From: a virus
Length of the DNA stretch: 64,000 nt
Strand: one strand, 5' to 3'
IMG/VR virus record: IMGVR_UViG_3300042197_003184
Location: 32,001 to 96,000 of that record
Below are positions 31,186 through 43,400 of this stretch, one piece after another. The position numbers were made by a program, and so were the translations under genes. The stretch's first letter is position 1. Each line of letters begins with the position of its first letter. Below the pieces are notes generated by a model. That model saw only the letters and a program-made list of their open reading frames with translations, made no database searches and had not been told where the DNA came from.

Positions 31186-34100
31186 ATGAATACTTGTACA
31201 ACTAATACTAAAGACATTGCACAAACATTGTTTCTAGGAGCTAGTGTAACTAGCTTTTTTTCTAATATGGGATGGTCAGGACAGCCGTCTCAGTTAACGG
31301 TTAATCTGGTTACAGATCAGACCCCGACCGTTTTTTGCTCTAACGACAATCAGTTTGTTGCTCCTGCTGGTTATGATGCGGACAACTATTACTATACGTG
31401 TTCTGGAGACGCTTGTTACGTGGATAGAGATGGTTCCACATGGAACAGTAGTGCCGCTAGTCGAGCACAACTCAGAGCTGATGGTACTACTATTCGTATG
31501 GATGACAAAATGATCCCTGGTAAATTAAGATATAAATTTGTTACCACGAACGGTATTGATCCTTTTGTTTCCAACTATTGGTACAGACAAGATCCTGGTT
31601 TCTTGGGTAGTCCCAATCTAATAAATACTGCTGGTTCTGTGATAGCAACTAAAAATAGTGGCTATGATATTATTGGCACTCCTGTATTTTTTAAAATGGG
31701 CAACTTTTCTTTTGGTGGAATTGTTCAGTCATGGGAGGAAAATCTTGGTAGTGGAGGCAATCAATATAAGGTCGTGATTGATGGTATGCACAGCGTATTG
31801 AGTAGTTGTTATTTGATTGTAGGAAACTATTCCGGAACCATTTTTAGTAAGCTCAATAGTGGTTCGGCATACGGATCTCCCAGAAATTATGTTGGTACAG
31901 GTAATGTTCATGCCGGTTCCATATCTCAGGGTAATATTCCTAATTTATTTAATGTTTATGGTTTTTTAGAGGCTTGTGGTCCAGAGAATTTTGGTGGGTC
32001 TAATTCCAATGACGATGGTTTGTCTGCTGCCAGTATTATGTTGGCTCTTAGAGCGCTAACGTCAACTATCGCTGGTGGTTCAAGGCTCTCTGCCGCTGCT
32101 AGTACTGGAAGTTTTTTGTCCGGACCCAAAACGGCCTTCTCTCCCTATGGACGTATTTTAGTAAAAAAGGCACAGACCTATGATTTTACCCCGATATCAA
32201 CCTCTTTTAATACATGGGGGGTTATCCCGCCACAAGTCAATGCTGAAAACGGAGGAGAATATTGTGAATTTTTGCTGGACTTGTCGGATTTACCAACACC
32301 TCCAGAAGATTTCAGAATAAGGGGTCCGGTAGTTAGTATCACTGATTTTCTTAATAGTGTTTCCGAAGCCACAGGGTATGATTATGGAGTAGACCTGATA
32401 CCCTTATGTTATAATTCTACAATTTATAATGTTATCAAAGTTAGACATTACTCTCGTTTAAAACAACCATCCACCAACGCCATAGCATCTACTGTTAAAA
32501 GCCTATACGACAGCGGATATAACGTATCATCTAGCACAATAGGAAAAGAAAAAAACGAAAGTCCAGCTAGATGTGTTTTGGTTGGCGGACCACAGCAAAG
32601 ACTATACCAAGCCAAAGCCTATAGACTGGCCTTTACACAAACAAATTTCATATACGATCCCAATAATGGTCGATTTGTAGACTACTTAGCTCTGGGTAAG
32701 ATAACTGCTAGCTATAGCTGTACCCCAGGTAGTAATAGTCTGACCAGAAACACATCGTCATCACCATTTAGGTTCGGGAAGATTAAATTTCCATCATGGC
32801 TATCCACAAGAAATCCATCACTATCTTCCTCAATAAACGGAGGACTAAGTGCTTTATTTGCCGATGATGAGACTATAAAAAATAATGTAGATGGTATTAA
32901 GTTTTCGGATATGGACACGAACTGGTCCGATTCAGAGATTGCCCCCGCTGGATACGCTCGTATAGCTGGTAACTATGAAAAATCCAGAAAATTTACATAT
33001 ACTTACGCATCAACATGGGGAACATCTGTTCCGCCAGCCAAGCTGAGTGTTCAAACAGACGGTAATGTCTCTTATATCTCAAAACCCCACACGCAAAGAT
33101 TCTTCCCTTTGTATAAAGACACCATATGTCCATTTTTTGGTTTTATGATGGACAAAGATGTTGATATTTCTACGTCTGCTGGTAATCGAGACCTTAGACG
33201 AGTTAGACCAGTCTTTTTGGATACATGGACCGGTCAAATCTGTGTGCTTTTTAGAGCTTCTGAGCTACCTTTGACCAGAGCTAATCTGAACGGACTATAC
33301 GGCGGGTACGGTTTATTCACCAGAGTTGCCAATCAAGTTAATGGCGCTGGTTTGTCTAGCACCTCGGGCAGTGGGTCTGGTGGTTCTGGAACAACATCAT
33401 CGACGAATATAGCTTCTGACAGAAAGGATTGGTTTTTTGTTATTACAGAATCAGAGATGAGAGCCGCTATGGTCGGGTCTGATGAGTTTTTGGTTTATTC
33501 ACTGGCCAAGCAATACAAAACAGACCTCTTCATCATGTTGAATTATGCTTACTATGCTAGTAAAGTTTTGGAATATCAACAAGCAGGAGTTGCCAATCCT
33601 CAAGCTAAAGCCAGAGCAGATACCAACTGGGAGTTTAGTCCAGCTAGAACAAACGTTTCTAATCCAGTATTAGGTGACCAGCCCATACATAATGATAGGG
33701 GTGACGGTTACGGAACAACCGACGAAAGCGCAAGACAAGACTTTGAAATTTTGCATGGATTTGTGAAAAATATAGCAGAAACCTATTATGGCAAAAAATA
33801 TATGGTGGCCGCTCCCTATGTTTCTGCTAGAAAAGACCAGTCGTACTCTAGTACTTTATCTACGGCGGTTGGTACTGCTTATGTGTACAGAGGCGGAGCG
33901 AGACTGACATATAATTATCAGCCTACCAATGACGGGGCATGGGAGGAATATGGAAATATTATAGATGACAGCATAGCTGTTGGAGCCAAAGAATGGCTTA
34001 GCTTAACCAATGAGCAAGGATTAATACAGCCTATTTTGGGATACAATGCATCCGACAGTTTTGACAATGCCAGATACCAGATGTGCAGAAGTGCTAACAC

Positions 34101-37100
34101 AGCCAATATTGACAATGCTCTTAATCCTTATTTTAATTACTATTCGTGGGAAAGATTAAAATTAGCAAAGCTCGGTAATTGTACCAGAAGTGATTTTATA
34201 TATCCTTCTTTGAATACTTCAAAATTAGATGCTTCTAGTTATGTTTTAATCAATACCGGACAAACAACAAATGACGCTTTCGGTGACGGCTCGGTGTCTT
34301 TATCTAAAAGAAAATTATATGTACAAACCCAAGTTTCAGATAAGTTTGTGTTCTTGGATCCCGAACAATTAAGAGATCCTAGAATAATAGTTGATGCTCC
34401 GTCTTTGACGCTTAATTCTTCTAGCGAAAGCTTTCAAGAGGATCCTAGCAAAAGCATGGTGTCTAACATAGCTGCTGAAGATTTGGCTATATATTTACGC
34501 TCCAAACCACCAGCCGATTGGGACTGTGAATTTATTAATTTGCAAACACAACGTATCGCTAAAGTTTTTACTAAGTATGGTTACGGTAGAGATAGCGGTC
34601 TAGACCGCAACACATCTGCTCGCAATGTTCGACTCGGCCCAAAGATGGCTCATCCGTTTTTTGCTGGTATACCCATTAAGTCTAATCAGTTTAATTATGG
34701 TCCATGGACTAATTATCCTGCTATTGATATTAATAATGAGGGTATTTTTCCTGATCATAACAATAGTCAGGCTATTAGCGCTATTAATAATTGGGTATTA
34801 CCAACAAACGTAGAGGTGGTTCCTGATTTTGTGCCCTGGAACTATGGAGGAATGAGCTTTCTAGATAGGGTCGCTTATAAAGAAGTAAAAAGTAGAATTA
34901 ATTATCAGTCTATCATCGAGACCGCTAATATTGAGATGGCCGGATTACCAATCTTTAATATTGGGGGAGCCTTCAATGATCAGGCTTTAAATAATGTTTT
35001 TCCTGTGACTGTCAGTACAGAAAATTTATATTACTCAGAAATTAAACGAACACTACCGGCCGGAGATTTTTCTGGATCTATAACAGAATTCAATCAGCTA
35101 TTAGATATAGATAACTGGACATACTCATCTATATCTACGCTAACATATAGCACATTAAAAACAACATATAATCACGGCTCCAATAGTCCTATTATTACTC
35201 ATATTAATATAGATATAGGATCCAATGGCATAAAAAGCTCGTATGGATTTAGAACCTATACTAGAAAACTTAGCTTATTTAATAAGGAATATTCTGATAG
35301 ACTAAAAAAGACAAGACAAGAGGCCATAGCACGAGATAGACAATTAGCTAAAATTAATCAACAGTTAATAAGTTCCAGATTTGCTCAAAGTAGCGACTTG
35401 GAAGCTCAAAGAAAAAGACAAGATACTAATTTGTCATCTATGAGGAGCAAATTAGCTGATTGGAGTCCTGTTGAAGTTATAGTAGCCTCTGCTGCTCCAT
35501 ATATCAAAGAACCCATAAGAAGTCCTAAATACGAAGCTGAGCAAAATAGTGTTATAGCACCAAAAGATTCTACTGGATCGTCGTCTTCTGTGTCCTATAG
35601 CGTACCATCAGATAATGATATCGGAACCAATGGTATTGTGAGTGATGGATTAGGTGAAGACGCTACTCGTATACCATATATGAGCAGTCGAGGACGAATG
35701 AAAACCCTAGCTCAAATCTATCAAATATCCGAATTGGATAACTTTTTACAGCAAGATTATGGAAGCAAATCGGCTATGAGTTTGGATGGTTTGTTTTCTC
35801 CTATATCTTTTTATCCTACAGATAATTTGTCTACTTTTAGTTTATCTAAATATGAAAGAAACACTTGTCCTGTTTGCAAAGGTACTGGTCAACGCACTTT
35901 GGATTTCAAAAAATTTAGTTCAACCGCGACCCTTAACGGAGGAACAACAGGAACCTACATTATTCCATGTAATGCTTGTTGTGATCCGTCTGATAAATTG
36001 CACTCTAAACTATATGCTAATAATTTTAAAAAGATATCCTCTCAGGCTTTACCTCCATATATTGTAACCAATGACACAGACATAAATGCTATTACTAATC
36101 TTAAAAATCTGACCGGTAGCGATTCTTACAATGGCTCGAATATTCCCATAAATCTGATTAGTTTACAGCCAATAGTTGTGCCTTATAGCGAATTTAAAAA
36201 TCCCAATATACAAAACTATGAGGGATCTCATCCAGAAGGGTACCACGGAGATCTTAAGGTCGGAACAAAAACTAGAATTTTTAAGGATCGATCTAGACAC
36301 AGTATATCTATTGTTGCTAGATCTGCTGTGCCACAAAAGGTATTGCAAATTTACAATACTATCGATGATCCTAAGTATATTGTTGAGTATGGTTCTGGTG
36401 GAGCAAAATATAATCCGGCTTTTTTTCATAAAGACTTAGCAGCAATAAAAAATCTTAAAGAAATAGACGCAACTAATTATGCCTCTACTGATGCAGAAAA
36501 TAACCAAAGATTTATAGGCTTTAGGGGGCCTCTGGTGGTTCATGGTTGGGGCTACGACACAGAAGGATACCCTGTGCCTAATGCAGCCGATGAGCCATTA
36601 GACATTGATCAGTATAATAGACCAAAAAGATTTAAAACAAAAATAACTCTTGGCAGCATGGTACAATACAAAGACCTGATGGTGGGTGATGTTTTTAGGA
36701 TAGCTATGGGTACTCAAGACTTAATTAAAGCTAAAAATTTAGAGATTCAAAACACCATAGGATACGGTCCAGGTGGCATAACCTCAACTACTTCTGTACA
36801 GAGAGTAACATACGAAGATGACCTAAAGGATCCCGGCGGTTTTGATGAAAATTATAAAGGTAGTATTATTAGTAAAACTCAGAGATACGATGCTACTAGT
36901 GGCATGTGGACAGAAAAACGCAAACTCAAAGAGTTTTATCTCAATTGGGCAGAACATCCAGAAAGTTGGCCCGTTGGTCCGGTTGATCTTAGATGGGACG
37001 AGAATAGGAAAGTTTGGACAGCCCAAAACCCAATCCCACAATACAAGCTCGTATACGTTACGCTTGAAGAAGACCTGCTAATAGGACCTAACACCACAGA

Positions 37101-37485
37101 GACATATTCTGCTAAAGGGTTTTTGGATGATGTAGAATATTCGGCTATTCCTTTAAATAACGGGTATCGTAGGATGGTTTTTGTCAGAGATAGAGCGGCT
37201 TATACCGCACCCAGAGGAGCTAAATTATTATGCAGATATGATTCGGATTCTGGTTATTACGAGCCAGTAAGCAAACCTTCTTTTTCTGTTATGGGCTTTA
37301 TAGGACAAGGTTCTGCCACAATCAGTATGTCTTATTTGGAGGGTATCAAAAAAGGGGAGAATGCGCCAACGATGCAAGTGGTTTACGACAATCCTCTGGG
37401 TTTTGAAATATCTTCGGACAACGAACAAAAGGGTATTTTTACTTTTATGGGTGGCAAATGGGCTTTAACAGCTACTAAGGGATAA
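31186..37485 (+). CDS. Large baseplate hub/central tail protein (2099 aa)
   Basis: N-terminal FLGASV..F..NMGW..QPSQLTVNLV and FGGIVQSW resemble hub-protein starts. There is a later INIDIGSNGIKSSY.FRTY segment and a coiled coil. It starts 1 nt after the upstream stop. Confidence 0.55.
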   Translation: MNTCTTNTKDIAQTLFLGASVTSFFSNMGWSGQPSQLTVNLVTDQTPTVFCSNDNQFVAPAGYDADNYYYTCSGDACYVDRDGSTWNSSAASRAQLRADGTTIRMDDKMIPGKLRYKFVTTNGIDPFVSNYWYRQDPGFLGSPNLINTAGSVIATKNSGYDIIGTPVFFKMGNFSFGGIVQSWEENLGSGGNQYKVVIDGMHSVLSSCYLIVGNYSGTIFSKLNSGSAYGSPRNYVGTGNVHAGSISQGNIPNLFNVYGFLEACGPENFGGSNSNDDGLSAASIMLALRALTSTIAGGSRLSAAASTGSFLSGPKTAFSPYGRILVKKAQTYDFTPISTSFNTWGVIPPQVNAENGGEYCEFLLDLSDLPTPPEDFRIRGPVVSITDFLNSVSEATGYDYGVDLIPLCYNSTIYNVIKVRHYSRLKQPSTNAIASTVKSLYDSGYNVSSSTIGKEKNESPARCVLVGGPQQRLYQAKAYRLAFTQTNFIYDPNNGRFVDYLALGKITASYSCTPGSNSLTRNTSSSPFRFGKIKFPSWLSTRNPSLSSSINGGLSALFADDETIKNNVDGIKFSDMDTNWSDSEIAPAGYARIAGNYEKSRKFTYTYASTWGTSVPPAKLSVQTDGNVSYISKPHTQRFFPLYKDTICPFFGFMMDKDVDISTSAGNRDLRRVRPVFLDTWTGQICVLFRASELPLTRANLNGLYGGYGLFTRVANQVNGAGLSSTSGSGSGGSGTTSSTNIASDRKDWFFVITESEMRAAMVGSDEFLVYSLAKQYKTDLFIMLNYAYYASKVLEYQQAGVANPQAKARADTNWEFSPARTNVSNPVLGDQPIHNDRGDGYGTTDESARQDFEILHGFVKNIAETYYGKKYMVAAPYVSARKDQSYSSTLSTAVGTAYVYRGGARLTYNYQPTNDGAWEEYGNIIDDSIAVGAKEWLSLTNEQGLIQPILGYNASDSFDNARYQMCRSANTANIDNALNPYFNYYSWERLKLAKLGNCTRSDFIYPSLNTSKLDASSYVLINTGQTTNDAFGDGSVSLSKRKLYVQTQVSDKFVFLDPEQLRDPRIIVDAPSLTLNSSSESFQEDPSKSMVSNIAAEDLAIYLRSKPPADWDCEFINLQTQRIAKVFTKYGYGRDSGLDRNTSARNVRLGPKMAHPFFAGIPIKSNQFNYGPWTNYPAIDINNEGIFPDHNNSQAISAINNWVLPTNVEVVPDFVPWNYGGMSFLDRVAYKEVKSRINYQSIIETANIEMAGLPIFNIGGAFNDQALNNVFPVTVSTENLYYSEIKRTLPAGDFSGSITEFNQLLDIDNWTYSSISTLTYSTLKTTYNHGSNSPIITHINIDIGSNGIKSSYGFRTYTRKLSLFNKEYSDRLKKTRQEAIARDRQLAKINQQLISSRFAQSSDLEAQRKRQDTNLSSMRSKLADWSPVEVIVASAAPYIKEPIRSPKYEAEQNSVIAPKDSTGSSSSVSYSVPSDNDIGTNGIVSDGLGEDATRIPYMSSRGRMKTLAQIYQISELDNFLQQDYGSKSAMSLDGLFSPISFYPTDNLSTFSLSKYERNTCPVCKGTGQRTLDFKKFSSTATLNGGTTGTYIIPCNACCDPSDKLHSKLYANNFKKISSQALPPYIVTNDTDINAITNLKNLTGSDSYNGSNIPINLISLQPIVVPYSEFKNPNIQNYEGSHPEGYHGDLKVGTKTRIFKDRSRHSISIVARSAVPQKVLQIYNTIDDPKYIVEYGSGGAKYNPAFFHKDLAAIKNLKEIDATNYASTDAENNQRFIGFRGPLVVHGWGYDTEGYPVPNAADEPLDIDQYNRPKRFKTKITLGSMVQYKDLMVGDVFRIAMGTQDLIKAKNLEIQNTIGYGPGGITSTTSVQRVTYEDDLKDPGGFDENYKGSIISKTQRYDATSGMWTEKRKLKEFYLNWAEHPESWPVGPVDLRWDENRKVWTAQNPIPQYKLVYVTLEEDLLIGPNTTETYSAKGFLDDVEYSAIPLNNGYRRMVFVRDRAAYTAPRGAKLLCRYDSDSGYYEPVSKPSFSVMGFIGQGSATISMSYLEGIKKGENAPTMQVVYDNPLGFEISSDNEQKGIFTFMGGKWALTATKG

Positions 37486-37490
37486 TACCA

Positions 37491-40400
37491 GTGTATGCAG
37501 ACAGAAACGACAACTCTTGTAATATATATGATTCTTCTTTTTTAGGAGACCTGAAACCATATACGTTTTTTGAAGATGATGCGTCTTTTGGATTCAAATA
37601 CGAAGACGGATCTCAGTCTACTGGCTTAGGTAGTAGATTATCATACATAAAAACCATAATAGATTCCAATACTCCTGCTTCTACTGATATTGACGATATT
37701 TGGTTGCCAGCTATAATAGACACTGGATCCTATGTCAATAATAAACAGGTTCTGATGGGTACTGTTATAGGTAATAGTGTTTTTGGGATAGAAAATGTCT
37801 TATCGTTTAGTAATCTTAAATTCAAAAATTGGAATATGCCTTCTGATGTTCAGCTTTCAATAGATTGGTTTATTAATACAGACCTATCTCCTATTGATAT
37901 AGATTATGGATTATTGTGTTGGTATAAAAAAAACACCAATCATGATCAAACCCATACTATCGAGAATGTGCCATCTAATATACCGCTTAAGTGTACAGTG
38001 GCCGTTAGTTATACCGAAAATGGTCAAACATATGAAATTCCAAAAGATACTATTGTTATTAAAATCGATAACTATAAACTAGAAAGAAAAGACACAAACG
38101 CCGTTATTGTATCCGACACAGTACGACCAAATCCCAATAGAATATTTCAATTTTCTAAGGTCACAAATTTTACATCACTAAGTATTTTTAAGATAGTAGA
38201 TAAGACTAACACCGTCGCCAGTAGTCTTAGTTCGTATAGTCTCTGGATACCAGACGGGGATGTGAATAGTTTCTATAATTCGTCTAAAGATAAAGCCAAA
38301 AGAATTTCAAAAAATATAGTATCTCAGACATATCTTTCCCCATCACTATATCACATATATAGATCTTTGTACCAAGCTCTTACCGTTAAAAAAATCAGAC
38401 CCTCGGTACCCGGATCGTCTCCATTAGATAAATCACAGTCTGGCAGACTTCGTAAGCTGTGTTCTTTTTTGGCAACATCACCGCTTATAGATAAGGTGTC
38501 TATTAATAGGCTCATAGATTCTTCTTTATATGATCAAATTTATAGTACCTATATATATGGTACTAACCCTAATACAGAAAAACAAGACCTAGTAAATGTT
38601 TTGTGTACCATATTTCAAAAATACCGCAATGAATCAATTAATTGGGGTAAAAAAAACCTATCAAATAACTACGTGTCTTCTAAACAAGAGCTATTCAATA
38701 AATTAACACAGAAATACGGCGCGTTCCTATCTATTAGCGGATCTAAAAATATAGACTTTGTACCTCCTTTATCTAATGGCGCCCACGCTCTTATCAATAT
38801 GGGTATTAGAACTTTTGTATCTAAAGCTGGATCTGGACCGTTTTATAACAACTGCTCTATTACATTGGGCAATATCAAAGCCCATACTAATATGTCTACA
38901 ACAAAATCTGAATGTCAATTTGCTTATATCAAAGAAAACAATACAGAAGAACCTTTGAAAACCCTTCCTCTAGCAGATATATCGATCAAGAGAAAAGATA
39001 AGCTCAAATTAGATATCGGTCCTGATCTGATATTACCGACTAATAGCAGTTACGATTTTAGTGTTTCAGATCTAGATAGTACAACAGCTACGGCTTATTG
39101 GTTTTTGCCGGATGGCCCTGACTGTATAAGATTTTCAGACTACAATATTACTCCAGCCCAAAGAGGAGGTAGACTATGGAGATTTAAGTCTTCCACTCAA
39201 ACAAATCCTACTATTTATACGAAAGATAGGGGGTGTTATACCCTGAGTTGTGTAGCCACAGAATCAGGAGCATTAAGAAAAAGCGATAGTATTAATGTAT
39301 ATGTTGTAGATGGTAATGGTGAGTATGCCCCAGGCAAAACCCCAACAGTCTTTGGTGGTTCAGACAATACTGTGTCTACTGAATATAAATGTATGTGCCC
39401 TAATTGGAGACAAATAGCAATCAACAAAAGAGGCATGGTTTGGTTCATTGATACCGATATGTATGTTACCCTTCAAGGGGCAGTGAGTTGGCTCAGAACT
39501 CCCGAACGATGTATAAATAAACAGATTCCTTTAGAGTATTTTACAGAATTAGACAGTGGTGGCTCATTAAAAGCTTCTATTGTGAATGCCAATGCTAATT
39601 TATCTATTAACCTTAACGCCAATAGTACTGTCATTAAGTTAAGTTATATTAGTTTACAAAACATGAGAGATAAAGATACTATTAATAGTGATAACTCAAT
39701 TACCAAATATAATGCTTGTGGTAGTTTTCATGAAGACAGAATATATCGCAAAAGAGAAACATTTTCTTCTAGTCAAGGAGCCATTACCGGAGCTATGCGA
39801 TATTATCGAAAATTTGACCATAGAGAATCATATTATAAATATACTACAGACAATAATATTGATTGGTTTATTTCTAATGAAACTGTTGAATTTAATTTTC
39901 CTCCACTATCTACTGTTTTTTCTCCTTCTGTACCTAGTTATGGAGGATATTCTCAACAAGTAATAAAAGATCTTGGCATAGACATCCCGTATCACCCGAT
40001 AAGAATTAATGATCAAGATGAGGTTTATGCCTCCGCTTCTAATCTTACCTGGGATTGTCCAGTGGGTTTAATGTGCGACGAACCAGCACACATGCCAGCT
40101 CTTTCCGACCACAATGATATGGGAGGTTCAGACCCAAACATTCGGTGTCATCTCAAAGAAATACCTATTAGTAATAGCTTAACATTCACAAAAGGATATT
40201 TTCATCCGGGATCGGGATGGATATATAATAATGATTCCAGATATGCTGAATTCAATAATAAAACATCGGTACAAAAATATCGTACAGAAGATTATGGATC
40301 TTATATCTTTTCTGGCACTAGCATTACGGATCTCAAGTCGTCTTATAACGACAAAGATAATATTTCTAATTTTATAGGCTCAAAAATCAGATTCAATGGA

Positions 40401-43400
40401 TCTATACCTTACAGCTCGACTTACGGCCTAGCCAGATACTATGGGTATCGATTGCCGAATGGTTATCTAAGAGGTATGATGCCCTATCAAGACGATATGT
40501 ATGTTGATGGAGAAGGTTTTTCGTATGTAGATTTTGTTTGTCCTTACGGAGATTATAGCAAATACTACAGTCTTATAGACCATCCGGACACTAGTAGTCT
40601 GACCATAGAAGACATAGAAGTGCGTGTTAATTTTTTGAATTATCCTAATCCCAAAAATCTAGTTATGTATTTGGAGGTTACCGGTAATAGTATGCCAAAT
40701 CCACAACCAGACTACACTAAGTTTTATAGAGAATACAAGGACGCTAGTACTCTTGGTCCAGTAGAATTACAAAACTATATTGGTGCCCTAAATACGATGA
40801 ATAGCGGCAATAGACTATATTTATTAAATGGAGACAATATAGATAATTATGGCTACTTTTTTTCCCTCAAGTTTTCCGATAACTATGGGAATAACGTAGT
40901 TCTAGATGATAAAAATAAAAAAACGACCAATATTTATGGAGACCAGGATATAGCTGATAGTTCCGTTCCGGTTAGACCCACCCTGTCTGCTCCAGGATAT
41001 AATGATTTAGATGTATCAAGATATGTTAACATCATTAATAATAATAACATGGTTATTCCTTCCTGTTCTTTTAGCAAATTTCGTGGCATGAATTTAACAG
41101 GTACGACATTTACGCTTTATGTTGGTACGACAGAAGAAACGGAACAAAGCTCTGCAAAAGATTATACAAGTGGCAATAATAATCTTTCTGGTTTGAGTAC
41201 TATTTATAATAGTCCTAACTCTAATAGTATAGTCAATAATATTTGTAGTTGGGAAATTATAGTACACACCAAGAAGAATAAACAATTTAATACTGCGGAT
41301 ATTTTAGGATTAATAAGTTATAGTGATCACAAAACCTACGATGGATATAATTTTATATGTGACATGACCAATAAGGAGTATATGATACCTTTTGTGAATA
41401 TGAATGCTCCTTTTAATTATTTAGCCAACATCAACTCTTGCTCATCTTCTGATCCGGACGACGCTTCTAAATCATTAACGTACAGAAAAATTGAATTTCC
41501 TTTCTTTTACTTACCGTTTACTCCATTCTTTACTCTTGTAGGCGCTTTGGTCGCCACCTTTGAGTTGCAACAAATTTTTGGGGCTGGAGGAAGATCTGAT
41601 CCTGTTGTAAATATGTTACTGGATCTTAGTTTTCAAAGGAGACAAGCAGAAGTGGAGAGCGCTGTTTTTCAGCCAATCTATACTAATTATGGCTATCCCT
41701 ACAAGGCTCCCGTTCAGATTAGTACAGACAACACTAACTGGGTACACTCTGACGTATCTATTTTCAAATATGACCACTGCCCTATTCTGACACAAAACAA
41801 ATACAAGTATATTAAATTAACTAGTAATTTTGGTATGGCTAAATTTATAGCTAAAAAAATTAAGTCTCTAAGAGAACTTATTGATCCAAAAACCATATGC
41901 GCTTCAATAACAGTCGCAACAGTACCACCAGCAGGATTGTCCGTAAGCGACACAGCAGGTAATCAGCATACATTTTATCAGGACGATATGGTAGAAGTTA
42001 ATGGAACGGTCTATGTTGTCAAATCTCAAAACTGGGTCGTGGCCCCAGACACCGCGTCTTTGCAATACTTGGCGACCAATAAAGTTGCTGGCAACACCAC
42101 ATTTACACAAGCTTATATTAGCGCTAAACAATTAGTTATGATAGATGGCGCTAGGGCATACTATTATTTTAGTGAAAATGATAATATAAAACACACAGAT
42201 GGTTCTACTAAGATAAATAAAAAAGCATTAATTAATATAGGTGGTCAATACAAAACGATACTAACCTTATCAGATCCGATACCCAACGATATACTAGAGA
42301 TATATAAAAACGATAATGACTCAAATGTTATTTTAGTTTATAAAGACTACATCACAGACAAAGACCTTGCACCAATCAGCAAATGGTCTTTTGCTAAAAC
42401 AGCACAACAAAGATCGGTTAACTTTCCAGTATTTCACTACCACTCGGCCCTTGGAGAAGGGTCATGGAGTTACGGTACTAATTTTTTGGAACCAGAAATT
42501 TTCCAGAAACTCTATCTATATGATAATGAGATATTAGATGCACCTGAAATGCTAGATTGTAAATATAATAATAAATATAAACCATATGATATTTCTGTTA
42601 TAGATGCTAGTAATGGAAATATTACTAAACTTATATTTGACCCTAAAAACGACGATGCAAAAAACAGCCTAACTGGTTATGCTTTTTCTACTAATGATTT
42701 TGGTTTAAATATACACGATAATTTTCTAGTCAACCATAAAATAATATCTCCCGTTAAATTTCAGGAAATAGAAAAAATTCTTAAACAGAATGTCGTGCTT
42801 GAATCTTCCAATGGTGCTCCGTTTTTTATGGACTTGAAATCCGATAAGTTTAAGTCTATACCAGCTTCAGGAGAGATTATTATAGAAGATGATTTTATAT
42901 CCAAAACACCACTCCCCAAACTGACAACAAGCGAACTTACTATGATTAGCGACAGACTCGCTACTCTAGAAAGCAGTATAAAAACTAGACTAACAGAATA
43001 CCATAAAACTCCGGAGGATCCTATAGACTGCCTTGCCTCTGAGCCAACTTCGGATTGTCCCAAGAAAGAATTATTGTCCACAATAAATAACTTAACAGAC
43101 GAGAGAAATAGCCTAAGAACGGTTTTATCGCAGAATGATAACGCCATAGATGGGCTGTCTTCTGTTTCTAGGACCATAACCCAGGATTCTACAACTAAGA
43201 AAATAAATATTCAATACGACTATAAAAACTACTATTGGATTAATATAGATAAAAATCAAGAATTTTTCCAATCGCAGGACGCTATACCAAAAATCTTATA
43301 TAAGATCAGATATAATTGTGTTCCAGTTGTAGAATTTTACACCCCACCGGCTTGTGATAGTATTTGCGGATCTTCTAGGCAGGGAAGTTTAAATACCAAT

